Positions 8,550 through 16,979 are shown, numbered from the stretch's first letter. The stretch: DNA of 23,805 nt from Chlamydiota bacterium (GCA_048498835.1 JBEHXF010000030.1:1-23805), one strand, 5' to 3'. Translations and numbers: made by a program. The notes: generated by a model not told the origin, from the sequence alone.

Positions 8550-8884
8550 TGAGTACAGTATTTGGATTGATCATTGAGGGGAAAATCCCAAGCAAAAAAG
8601 TATTCGAAAATGACCGGATCTTAGCGATTGAAGATATCCATCCCGTTGCGCCCGTCCATATTCTCATCATGCCGAAAAAACCGATCCCCAATTTGCAAAG
8701 CGTAGAACCAGCCGATTTGAGGCTGATTGGGGAAATTGTCGAAGTAGCGCAGAAGATCGCGGAAGAGAAGGGGATTGAAGACGGTTATCGTCTTTTGACA
8801 AATAATGGCCCCGATTCTGGACAGACAGTGTTCCATCTCCACTTCCATCTCATCGGTGGCCGTGTGTTGGGTAAATTAGCATAA
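8549..8884 (+). CDS. Histidine triad (HIT/Hint) nucleotide-binding protein
   Basis: DIHPVAPVHILIMPK, SGQTVFHLHFHLIGGR (HxHxH). ATG overlaps the MYG1 stop (TGATG). Confidence 0.95.
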   Translation: MSTVFGLIIEGKIPSKKVFENDRILAIEDIHPVAPVHILIMPKKPIPNLQSVEPADLRLIGEIVEVAQKIAEEKGIEDGYRLLTNNGPDSGQTVFHLHFHLIGGRVLGKLA

Positions 8885-8896
8885 CCCAATTTGAAA

Positions 8897-9412
8897 ATGA
8901 ACTTAACGAACGACTCTTTTACTACCACTTCTTGCTCCAACCTCACTAAAATGTGGCTCTCTTTTCAAAACATTCCACAGAATTCTTGGGGCACAACTAA
9001 AGAGGGAACCAAATTTAGAAAAACAGCAAATCTCGTGGTTATTTTTGAAAGGGAATATGCACATTTGTTGCGTCTTCGAAAACAGGATGGGAAGTATGCT
9101 GTCGAGATGTGCGAGACTCGTTATAACGCCCTTTGTCCTGCAGTTTTTCATCAAATTTTTCCAGACAAAATGGGCCTAAACTTGTGGAATGAATTAAATA
9201 GAGAAGCTCCTACTGTTCTTCCATTGATTGAGGAGGGGCTTGGTTTTAAAGAACTCATTCCCTCAGTAAAAAGAGCTTGTAAAAGAGTGTTTACCCACTA
9301 TCGATTTTCTGATGATTCTTCATTTTTGAAAGATCACCCTCTGTTTGTTCCCCAACCATTTAAGGGTGTTAGGGAATTTTTGTTGTTAGAATCTTCCGAA
9401 GAAACTTACTAA
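8897..9412 (+). CDS. Hypothetical protein, low-GC orphan
   Basis: 171 aa from ATG 8897 (TTG 8891 alternative); Thr/Ser-rich N-terminus; 44 nt convergent overlap with the BPL-N gene. Confidence 0.6.
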   Translation: MNLTNDSFTTTSCSNLTKMWLSFQNIPQNSWGTTKEGTKFRKTANLVVIFEREYAHLLRLRKQDGKYAVEMCETRYNALCPAVFHQIFPDKMGLNLWNELNREAPTVLPLIEEGLGFKELIPSVKRACKRVFTHYRFSDDSSFLKDHPLFVPQPFKGVREFLLLESSEETY

Positions 9413-10010
9413 AAATAGTTTTATTTTTCTCGACGTGAACACCGCTTAAGATTGCGCGACCTTTTCCAACGGGGCAGGAGATGATGGCAGGTGGTTGATC
9501 GGGGAGATCGAGGTAGCGGGCGAGGATCTCAACGTTTGTGAAATCGCCTTGAAAGGTTGGTCCGCCATGAAAGTAGACGGATCCAAGCTCAAGCTTGGCT
9601 AGTCTGGCCCCTCGAGTGGAAGTGGCGTCGTAAAGGCCGAGGCCATAGGCTGGCCCTATTGCGTTACCAGAGAAGAATTGTAGTTCTCTCTCTTCTATGA
9701 TCTCATTTGGATGGCCCCGTTCAAAATCGACGAGGGAGCAAGCGTAATAAGCTCCGGCGCAAATGCCGAGATAGATCCCTCCCGCTTCAACAAAACGTCT
9801 GATTTTTTGGTTCCCCGCTCCTTTGAGGTCTCGGTGATAGGGGCGATCTCGCCCTCCAGGTATAATGAGCAGTTTTGCGCTTTGATCCCAGTCGGTCTCA
9901 ATCAAGTCTTTGGCGCTTAAAGTTTTACAATTTTTGAATTGCGAAAGGAGCGTTTGGCGAAGCAACTGGGAGACTCCTTCCCCATCATAAATAACGATTT
10001 TATTTAGCAT
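9369..10010 (-). CDS. Standalone BPL-N domain protein (class I glutamine amidotransferase-like fold)
   Basis: IVIYDGEGVS, LLIIPGGRDRPY, GGIYLGICAGAYYA, YFHGGP, GKGRAILSGVHVE; no biotin ligase catalytic domain follows. Confidence 0.9.
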   Translation of the reverse strand: MLNKIVIYDGEGVSQLLRQTLLSQFKNCKTLSAKDLIETDWDQSAKLLIIPGGRDRPYHRDLKGAGNQKIRRFVEAGGIYLGICAGAYYACSLVDFERGHPNEIIEERELQFFSGNAIGPAYGLGLYDATSTRGARLAKLELGSVYFHGGPTFQGDFTNVEILARYLDLPDQPPAIISCPVGKGRAILSGVHVEKNKTIFSKFLRKILTTKIP

Positions 10011-10039
10011 TTTTTACTCTCGGCTTATATTAAGGGGTT

Positions 10040-11782
10040 ATGAGACATTTTATCCATGTTTTGCTGATCGCGGCCCCCCTCTATGTAGCGGCGGGTGAAA
10101 CGGCCTCTTTACAAGAGGGTGTACGAAGGATTCAGGCCCATCTCCTGATCGATGATCCTCAATCGGCGCTTGTTGACGCAGAGCGACTTGCGAGAGACTT
10201 TCCCCAGTCGGTTGAAGCTGGATCGGCCTTTGTCGAGGCGCTGGCTGCCTGTGGATTTGAAGAGCAGGCGTTAGATGAGTGGACTCGCCTTTCCATCCAA
10301 TACCCTTCTCTTTTAGCTGATCGACATTTACTCGAAGAGATGAGTTGGGGCGTGTTGAAGAAGGGGATTAGTTCTACGCAATATGGCGTGCGACTCGGAT
10401 CATTGATTGGTTCCTATTTGACGCACGATGTGCGCGCTGTGCCTGTATTATTGAAGATGATGCGCGATTCCAATGCGGTCATCCGCTCTGTCGCTGTTCA
10501 GATGGCCTCTTCATATGGAGATGCTGTGTTGAAAGATGAAATTTCCCGGATGCTTACGGAAGAAAAAGTCTGGATGGTACGACTTGAAGTGATCCGAGCG
10601 GCGGGGCTTTTACGGATCAAGAGTTTGGCGCCCGCTTTGCAAAATTATGTCGTGTCTGAGCGCACGATGTTTGAAGAGCGCCATTTGGCGATTGAATCGC
10701 TGATCAATATCTGGGAACAGATGGAGCCTGCTGAAATTGCTCGGCTGACGCAGAATAATCGAGCGGGCATGCGCCATTTAGCGGTGGCCATTGCCTTGCA
10801 TTTTGAAGTAGAAGAAGTGAAACCGCAGATCTTGCAGCTATTGTCAGATACCCATCCCGATGTACGGATCGCTGCTTTAAATGCGGTTGGGCTTTTCTAT
10901 CGAAAGTCGATGTCGAAGAGCGAGATCGCTGAAATTTTAAAACCGAGATTGGAAGAGGCAGATGCGGGAGTTTCAATTACGGCTGCATGGGTCGCGATGT
11001 TAGTCGATCCGACTCTGGGCGAACCGGTATTTGCGAAATGGCTCAAGGATACTATGGGCGAAAATCGCCGACTTGCCGCTGCAGCTTTGGCTGCAACGGG
11101 AAATCGCGGCGCTAATTTGTCGGTAAAAACACTAAAAGAAAGTGCAGATCCCTATGTGCGAGCGAACGTCGCAATGGGATTAATCGGTCAGCGGATTGAA
11201 GTAGCCGCCTGCTGTGACTGTATCGTCGATTTTCTGCATAGCGAAAAGCGGATGTGGATGTGGGATAAAAGACCCAACCCGCTCTTTCAAGCGTTAGCTC
11301 CCAGTCAAGTGCGACATGTCGATCAGATCCCCAATTATCCTGAATCGATCGATCAGATGACCCGGCTCAATTTAGTGTCGCTTTTGGCGATGGTGGAAGA
11401 TCCGCGGGCAATCGATGCTTTGAAGAGCTTTTTACAGCAGAAAAAATGGGGTATTACGGGTGTTGCGGCGGCGACTCTTTTGCAAGAAGGGGATGAGACC
11501 GCTTTGGAAGTGGTGCGTAAATTGTTGGATGATCCAAATCCACAGGTGCGGCTACAGGCTTGTTTAGTTCTCGCCATGTATGGAAAAGATGAGAGTGTGT
11601 TAAAAGAGTTGCAGGGCGCCTATGCAGGAGCTGATTTTGAAATGAAGCTCCATATTTTAGAAGCGCTTGGCAACATTGGAACGGCCGATTCATTTAGTTT
11701 TCTCATGGGTGTATTGAGAGAGCCATTTCCGATGTTAAGAGTAGCGGCGGCGGCTTCTTTGATCCAGAGTGTAAACCGATGA
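10040..11782 (+). CDS. HEAT-repeat protein with predicted signal peptide
   Basis: Repeated LxDxxxxVRxxA units (MMRDSNAVIRSVA, LLSDTHPDVRIAA, LLDDPNPQVRLQA); hydrophobic N-terminus ending VAA. Confidence 0.88.
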   Translation: MRHFIHVLLIAAPLYVAAGETASLQEGVRRIQAHLLIDDPQSALVDAERLARDFPQSVEAGSAFVEALAACGFEEQALDEWTRLSIQYPSLLADRHLLEEMSWGVLKKGISSTQYGVRLGSLIGSYLTHDVRAVPVLLKMMRDSNAVIRSVAVQMASSYGDAVLKDEISRMLTEEKVWMVRLEVIRAAGLLRIKSLAPALQNYVVSERTMFEERHLAIESLINIWEQMEPAEIARLTQNNRAGMRHLAVAIALHFEVEEVKPQILQLLSDTHPDVRIAALNAVGLFYRKSMSKSEIAEILKPRLEEADAGVSITAAWVAMLVDPTLGEPVFAKWLKDTMGENRRLAAAALAATGNRGANLSVKTLKESADPYVRANVAMGLIGQRIEVAACCDCIVDFLHSEKRMWMWDKRPNPLFQALAPSQVRHVDQIPNYPESIDQMTRLNLVSLLAMVEDPRAIDALKSFLQQKKWGITGVAAATLLQEGDETALEVVRKLLDDPNPQVRLQACLVLAMYGKDESVLKELQGAYAGADFEMKLHILEALGNIGTADSFSFLMGVLREPFPMLRVAAAASLIQSVNR

Positions 11783-12951
11783 GTCCAGAGAAAATTGTCG
11801 AGGCGCAGCGCTATTTGAAAGAGCGGCGACTTGACGGCTGGCTTGTCTATGATTTTCACCGCTGCAATGAATTAGCGCATCAATTTCTTTCGATTGCGCC
11901 CGGAGCGATGTCAACGCGCCGTTTTTTTTATTGGATTCCCGTAGAGGGGAAGCCCATCAAACTCGTCCATGCGATTGAAGCGCGGGCGCTAGATCATGCG
12001 CCTGGAGAAAAGAGAGTCTATTCTTCTTGGCAGTCGCTAGAGAAGGAATTGGGGCAGATTTTACAAGGCGCTCGGCGCGTGGCCATGGAATATTCACCGC
12101 GCAATGCGATTCCTTATGTTTCGAAAGTAGATGGCGGAACGGTTGATTTGGTGCGATCATTTGGAATAGAAGTGGTCAGCAGCGCCGATTTTCTCCTTTT
12201 TTTTACAGCTCTTTTAGATGATGCGCAGATGGAGAGTCAGCGTCGAGCGGCAAGAGGTTGCCAAGAGACGGTAGAAGGGGCTTGGAACTGGATTGGTTCC
12301 CATTTGAAAAAGGGAATCACAAATTGGGATGTATTGGAATGGATTCGGGGCGAATTTAAGCGACGCGAATTGGAAAGTGATGAGCCGCCGATTGTCGCTG
12401 TGAATGAACAGAGCGCAGATCCCCATTTTTCGACCGAGCGCAAGAGTGCAAAAAAACTTGCGTGGGGCGATTTTATTTTGATCGATCTTTGGGCGAAAGA
12501 AAAGCATGAAAGGGCTGTGTTTGGCGATTTAACGCGTGTGGCTGTCGTGGGAGAGGCGAGTGAGCGGCATCGGGAAATTTTTCAGATTGTGAGAAATGCG
12601 CAAACGGCAGTGATAGATTTGATTCGCTCCAAAAAAGGTGTGCTGGGTTGGGAAGCTGATGAGGCGGCTCGGACAGTAATTCGCGACGCAGGGTATGGGG
12701 AGTTTTTCATTCACCGGACAGGACACAATATCGGCGTCCAATTGCATGGAAACGGAACACATTTGGATAATTTGGAAATGCATGACGTTCGACCTTTATT
12801 GCCGAGAACTTGTTTTTCCGTAGAGCCGGGAATTTATTTACCCGGAGAATTTGGGGTGAGGCTGGAATCGGATATACTCATCCACGCCGACGGGAGGGTT
12901 GAGGTCACCGGCAGCGAGGAAGATGTTTTGAAGGTGTTAATTGAAAACTAA
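11779..12951 (+). CDS. M24 family metallopeptidase (Xaa-Pro aminopeptidase-like)
   Basis: Metal-ligand motifs IDLWAK, GDLTR, HRTGHNIG, FSVEPGIY, GVRLESD; ATGA overlap with the HEAT gene. Confidence 0.93.
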   Translation: MSPEKIVEAQRYLKERRLDGWLVYDFHRCNELAHQFLSIAPGAMSTRRFFYWIPVEGKPIKLVHAIEARALDHAPGEKRVYSSWQSLEKELGQILQGARRVAMEYSPRNAIPYVSKVDGGTVDLVRSFGIEVVSSADFLLFFTALLDDAQMESQRRAARGCQETVEGAWNWIGSHLKKGITNWDVLEWIRGEFKRRELESDEPPIVAVNEQSADPHFSTERKSAKKLAWGDFILIDLWAKEKHERAVFGDLTRVAVVGEASERHREIFQIVRNAQTAVIDLIRSKKGVLGWEADEAARTVIRDAGYGEFFIHRTGHNIGVQLHGNGTHLDNLEMHDVRPLLPRTCFSVEPGIYLPGEFGVRLESDILIHADGRVEVTGSEEDVLKVLIEN

Positions 12952-13785
12952 TGGGCGAATAGAGGCGGGGCTCGATGCAGCTAAGATTTGCTCTATTTCT
13001 AGAGGCGCTTTGCCTGTTTCATTGAATCTAAAATAGGGACTTGTTCTGTTTACTTCTGAGGCATCTCGTGGCTGTTTTGGGAGTTTATCCAAAAGGCGGA
13101 GATGGAGGGGTTTTGCGGCAAAAACACCCATCTGGTTCAAATTTATTTCTTCAGTTGGATGCAAAATATTTTGTAAAGTCGCTGCGGCTTGAAAAAAGGC
13201 TGGCAGAGCTTTATTTTCAAGAGCATCCCATCCGAGTGCGCGATGTTGAAATTCGACTTGAGGTTGGGCTTCGTCGTAGGCGCATTCATGGTAGTTTTTC
13301 ACGTGGATTTCTAAGGCTTCAGTTGCGATTTGTTCCCATGCGAGAGTGCGGGCGATAAGGGGAAGGAGAGCGGTGAGCGGGGTGTTGGCGGGGAGGGCAA
13401 TGCGATCGGCCGAAAGGTTGCGTTCATTTAAAAACTGGTTGATCTCTGTCGCTGACCAATGTTGGATGAGAGCGAGCTGGTCGGCTACTTTCTGCTCAAT
13501 TTCGTAGGCTTTGTATTCGGGTTTCGCGAGAGCTTCTAATGCATTGGAGGCGAAAAATAGGCCGATCGGAACGAGGAGTGCGAGGAGAGCAAGGGAGAGC
13601 GGAAGAGCAGGGAGGAGGCCGAGAGAGACGGCGAAGATGCCGGTGCAGATGATCGCGATGGCAACTTGGGCAACTTTGGCGGCGACGTTGTAGACGGTAG
13701 CCCATCGGTAATGAGCTGTGGCTTTTTCCTGGGGAATTTCCGTGAGGTAGCGACAAAGAGTGGGGGAGGTGGAAGTAGTGGCCAT
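12937..13785 (-). CDS. Hypothetical membrane protein, inclusion membrane (Inc)-like
   Basis: Uncharged bilobed hydrophobic segment aa 38-83; MATTSTSPT N-terminus; AAGGA SD upstream. Confidence 0.7.
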   Translation of the reverse strand: MATTSTSPTLCRYLTEIPQEKATAHYRWATVYNVAAKVAQVAIAIICTGIFAVSLGLLPALPLSLALLALLVPIGLFFASNALEALAKPEYKAYEIEQKVADQLALIQHWSATEINQFLNERNLSADRIALPANTPLTALLPLIARTLAWEQIATEALEIHVKNYHECAYDEAQPQVEFQHRALGWDALENKALPAFFQAAATLQNILHPTEEINLNQMGVFAAKPLHLRLLDKLPKQPRDASEVNRTSPYFRFNETGKAPLEIEQILAASSPASIRPLVFN

Positions 13786-13839
13786 CTAATAATCCTTGTT
13801 GAATGGCCTACTTTATACCCTATTTGGGTTAAAAATTCA

Positions 13840-14268
13840 TTAAGAAATCTCGACGAGACGCTGGAGAGCTATTTGCTTCATTCTCAAGTAGATATGCGCG
13901 AGTCCGTTGGAGCGATTGGGGGAGAGGCTGGCGAAGATGCCGAGTTCTTGGAGAAAGGTAGGGGGATTACGGAGAATGGCTTCGGGGGAGAGGCCATTAT
14001 AGGCGAGGATGAGAAGGGCGGCAAGTCCAGCAGAGATAAGCGCATCAGCGGTAGCATTAAAAAAAAGTTTACCATCTTTCAGGGTGACTTGGAGGTAGAG
14101 GGTCGATTGGCAGCCAGAGACGAGGTGATCGGGAGTGCGAAGATCGGCTGGATAGGGAGCGAGCTTGCGACCGAGTTCAATGATGAGACTATAACGCTCT
14201 TCCGGCGATTGAAGAGATGAAAATTTTTCTTTGATAGAGGTGATTTGCGAATCAAAATTTGTCGTCAT
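13840..14268 (-). CDS. sufE: SufE family Fe-S cluster assembly sulfur acceptor
   Basis: [45 protein letters not shown] 14268 gives a typical length; the longer ORF-track start would run into the infA leader. Confidence 0.9.
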   Translation of the reverse strand: MTTNFDSQITSIKEKFSSLQSPEERYSLIIELGRKLAPYPADLRTPDHLVSGCQSTLYLQVTLKDGKLFFNATADALISAGLAALLILAYNGLSPEAILRNPPTFLQELGIFASLSPNRSNGLAHIYLRMKQIALQRLVEIS

Positions 14269-14361
14269 GAGGACGATCTTAGCAGAAAAGATATTAGAAA
14301 GCGATTGACAATTAACGAGCAGATGGTGTTTTATAAAAGGCATTTCCATCTAAAAACCAAT

Positions 14362-14580
14362 ATGGCCAAAGAAGAAACGATCAAAATGGAAGGCAAGGTT
14401 GAAGAGCTGTTGCCCAACATGAATTTTAGTGTGGTCTTGGAGAACGGGATGCGCGTTATTGCGCACCTGTGCGGCAAGATGAGAATGAGGAACATCCGCG
14501 TTTATGCTGGTGACAGCGTGACCGTTGAGATGTCGCCTTATGACTTAACAAAAGCGCGAATTGTCTATCGTCAAAAGTAA
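14362..14580 (+). CDS. infA: Translation initiation factor IF-1
   Basis: [19 protein letters not shown]...[35 protein letters not shown]. Confidence 0.98.
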   Translation: MAKEETIKMEGKVEELLPNMNFSVVLENGMRVIAHLCGKMRMRNIRVYAGDSVTVEMSPYDLTKARIVYRQK

Positions 14581-14598
14581 TTTTTGGTGGTTTTTGGG

Positions 14599-14627
14599 TT
14601 GAATTTATTACCTCAAGCGCTTAAGCT
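14599..14627 (+). promoter_or_regulatory. Putative promoter for tRNA-Thr-tuf
   Basis: TTGAAT (14599-14604), 17 nt spacer, TAAGCT (14622-14627), 19 nt before the tRNA. Confidence 0.5.
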
Positions 14628-14646
14628 TTTAAGCTTTTGTATGAAC

Positions 14647-14718
14647 GCCCAGGTAGCTCAGTGGTAGAGCACTTGCATGGTAAGCCAGTGGTCGTAGGTT
14701 CGATTCCTATCTTGGGCA
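14647..14718 (+). tRNA. tRNA-Thr (GGT), CCA not encoded
   Basis: Acceptor GCCCAGG/CTTGGGC, D arm GCTC-AGTGGTA-GAGC, anticodon loop ATGGTAA, T arm GTAGG-TTCGATT-CCTAT. Confidence 0.95.
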
Positions 14719-14768
14719 AAGCAGAATTGAGAAAAATTAAAATATAGAGCCTAACGGAGGAAGTTCGC

Positions 14769-15953
14769 ATGGCAAAAGAAACATTTCAGAGAAAGAAAAC
14801 CCACGTTAACATCGGGACGATCGGCCACGTCGACCATGGTAAGACAACTTTAACCGCGGCTATTACAAAAGTACTGGCGGAAAAAGGACAAGCGAAATTC
14901 CGTGATTACGCTTCGATCGACAATACCCCAGAAGAAAAAGCTCGCGGTATTACGATCAACGCATCCCACGTAGAATACGAAACAGCGAAGCGCCACTATG
15001 CGCACGTCGACTGCCCTGGCCACGCCGACTACGTCAAAAACATGATCACTGGTGCCGCTCAGATGGACGGCGCGATTCTCGTGGTTGCAGCGACAGACGG
15101 TCCAATGCCTCAGACAAAAGAACACATCCTCCTCGCACGCCAAGTAGGCGTTCCTGCGATCGTCGTGTTCTTGAACAAAATGGACATGATCGGCAAAGGC
15201 GACGAAGAGCTCGTTGAACTCGTCGAAATGGAATTGACAGAACTTCTCGAGTCGAAAGGCTACAAAGACGTTCCAATCATCCGCGGTTCTGCTTTGAAAG
15301 CTCTCGAAAATGATCCTCAATACGTCGACGCGATTGTCAAATTGATGGACACAGTTGACGAAAAAATCCCAACACCAGTCCGCGAAATTGATAAACCCTT
15401 CCTGATGCCTATCGAGGACGTGTTCTCGATCTCTGGTCGTGGTACGGTCGTAACGGGTCGTGTTGAGAGAGGCAGAATTAAAGTGAACGATAAGATCCAA
15501 CTCGTCGGTATCCGCGAAACACGCGACACCGTTGCGACCGGTCTTGAAATGTTCAACAAACTGTTGGATGAAGCTCTCGCTGGCGAAAACGTCGGTGTTC
15601 TCCTCCGCAGTATTGAAAAAGGTGATGTAGAGCGCGGAATGGTTCTCTCTGCTCCTGGCACATGCACACCGCACACAAAGTTCAAAGGTACGATCTATAT
15701 CCTCAACAAAGATGAAGGTGGCCGTCACAAGCCGTTCTTCACTGGCTATAGACCACAATTCTACTTCCGCACGACAGACGTAACGGGAACCGTTACTCTT
15801 CCAGCTGGAACAGAGATGGTGATGCCTGGCGATAACATCGAATTGGAAGCGGAATTGATCCACCCAATCGCGATGGAAGAGGGAATGCGCTTTGCGATCC
15901 GCGAAGGCGGCCGCACAATCGGCGCAGGAACAGTATCTAAAATTATCAAATAA
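14769..15953 (+). CDS. tuf: Elongation factor Tu
   Basis: [39 protein letters not shown]. Confidence 0.99.
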   Translation: MAKETFQRKKTHVNIGTIGHVDHGKTTLTAAITKVLAEKGQAKFRDYASIDNTPEEKARGITINASHVEYETAKRHYAHVDCPGHADYVKNMITGAAQMDGAILVVAATDGPMPQTKEHILLARQVGVPAIVVFLNKMDMIGKGDEELVELVEMELTELLESKGYKDVPIIRGSALKALENDPQYVDAIVKLMDTVDEKIPTPVREIDKPFLMPIEDVFSISGRGTVVTGRVERGRIKVNDKIQLVGIRETRDTVATGLEMFNKLLDEALAGENVGVLLRSIEKGDVERGMVLSAPGTCTPHTKFKGTIYILNKDEGGRHKPFFTGYRPQFYFRTTDVTGTVTLPAGTEMVMPGDNIELEAELIHPIAMEEGMRFAIREGGRTIGAGTVSKIIK

Positions 15954-15962
15954 TTTTAGACT

Positions 15963-15998
15963 AGGGAGCCCCTGAGAGGGGGCTCCTTCTTGTTTTGT
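15963..15998 (+). terminator. Intrinsic terminator-like hairpin after tuf
   Basis: AGGGAGCCCCT-GAGA-GGGGGCTCCTT followed by CTTGTTTTGT. Confidence 0.75.
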
Positions 15999-16071
15999 GG
16001 GTGTGTAGCTCAGTTGGTAGAGCAGCGATCTCCAAAGTCGCCGGTCGGGGGTTCGAATCCCTCCGCACTCG
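15999..16071 (+). tRNA. tRNA-Trp (CCA), CCA end not encoded
   Basis: Acceptor GGGTGTG/CGCACTC, anticodon arm GCGAT-CTCCAAA-GTCGC, T arm GGGGG-TTCGAAT-CCCTC, discriminator G. Confidence 0.97.
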
Positions 16072-16152
16072 AAGGCCCCATAGGGGCCGAGAGTAAGAGC
16101 GACCCGCTAGAAGGGCTTAGTTTACTGATTGTTAAATGTTTAAGGAGTTATG

Positions 16153-16371
16153 ATGACGGCTCTAACAGAACGAAAAAAACTTTCTTACTTTCGCGAAGTT
16201 CAGAATGAACTAAAAAAAGTTACCTGGACCTCAAAAGAAGAGCTGTTCTTTTCTACGAAAGCAGTTATTATAGCGACGTTTATTTTTGGTTTCGCGATTT
16301 ATCTGGCCGACCTGGCGATCCGGGGGGGTATGGATTTGCTCTCGCAAGCAGCGCGCTTGATTTTTGGTTAA
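16153..16371 (+). CDS. secE: Preprotein translocase subunit SecE
   Basis: ELKKVTWTSKEEL plus a single TM helix. SD AAGGAG spacing favours ATG 16153 over 16150. Confidence 0.95.
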   Translation: MTALTERKKLSYFREVQNELKKVTWTSKEELFFSTKAVIIATFIFGFAIYLADLAIRGGMDLLSQAARLIFG

Positions 16372-16381
16372 GGGAGAAGAG

Positions 16382-16927
16382 ATGCACAGGTGGTATGTCG
16401 TTCAAGTGATTTCGGGTCATGAAAAAAAGGTCAAAAAGACCTTAGATGAAGCGGTGCAATCGAAGGGGATGACCGAATCGATTACCGACATCCTGATGCC
16501 AACCGAAAACGTATCGGAAGTTAAAAGAGGCCAGCAGAAGATCTCTGAAAAGAGAATGTGGCCTGGTTACTTGCTGGTAAAAATGAATTTAGATGATGAT
16601 TCTTGGGCGTTTGTCAAAAACGTGCCTGGAGTGATCGACTTTTTGGGCGGCGAGAAGCCGACCCCGCTCACAGATAAAGAAGTGGGCGATATGATGAAAG
16701 AGCTAGAGGACCGCCAAAAAGGCATTGTCCAAAAGCACAAGGTCGAAGTGGGTGACAAGGTCAAGATCACCGATGGAGTGTTTGTAAACTTCGTTGGAAC
16801 AGTGACTGAAGTCAACCATGAAAAAGGCCGGTTGAGCGTGATGGTCTCGATCTTCGGACGAGATACTCGCGTCGACGACCTCGAGTTCTGGCAAGTTGAG
16901 CAATCGACTGGCGAGAACAACGGGTGA
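16382..16927 (+). CDS. nusG: Transcription termination/antitermination factor NusG
   Basis: WYVVQVISGHEKKV, WPGYLLV, KOW domain VGDKVKITDGVF...SIFGRDT. Confidence 0.98.
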   Translation: MHRWYVVQVISGHEKKVKKTLDEAVQSKGMTESITDILMPTENVSEVKRGQQKISEKRMWPGYLLVKMNLDDDSWAFVKNVPGVIDFLGGEKPTPLTDKEVGDMMKELEDRQKGIVQKHKVEVGDKVKITDGVFVNFVGTVTEVNHEKGRLSVMVSIFGRDTRVDDLEFWQVEQSTGENNG

Positions 16928-16941
16928 ACCGCAAGGTTCGA

Positions 16942-16979
16942 TGAGGAGAGTGGGGGTGGTCCCTGCTCGCAAAGACTCA
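16942..16979 (+). promoter_or_regulatory. Putative ribosomal protein L1-binding leader (rplK-rplA autoregulation)
   Basis: TGAG-GA-[GAGTGGGG..CCCTGCTC]-GCAAAGA-CTCA: two helices around an asymmetric 2x7 GA internal loop, just upstream of rplK. Confidence 0.65.

Noticed and set aside
13666..14220. 184 aa plus-strand ORF
   Set aside because: Antisense to sufE and the Inc-like gene.
14850..15863. 337 aa ORF antisense to tuf
   Set aside because: Shadow ORF caused by codon bias of a highly expressed gene; no protein-like motifs.
15990..16208. 72 aa ORF after tuf
   Set aside because: Overlaps tRNA-Trp and secE; not rpmG-like.
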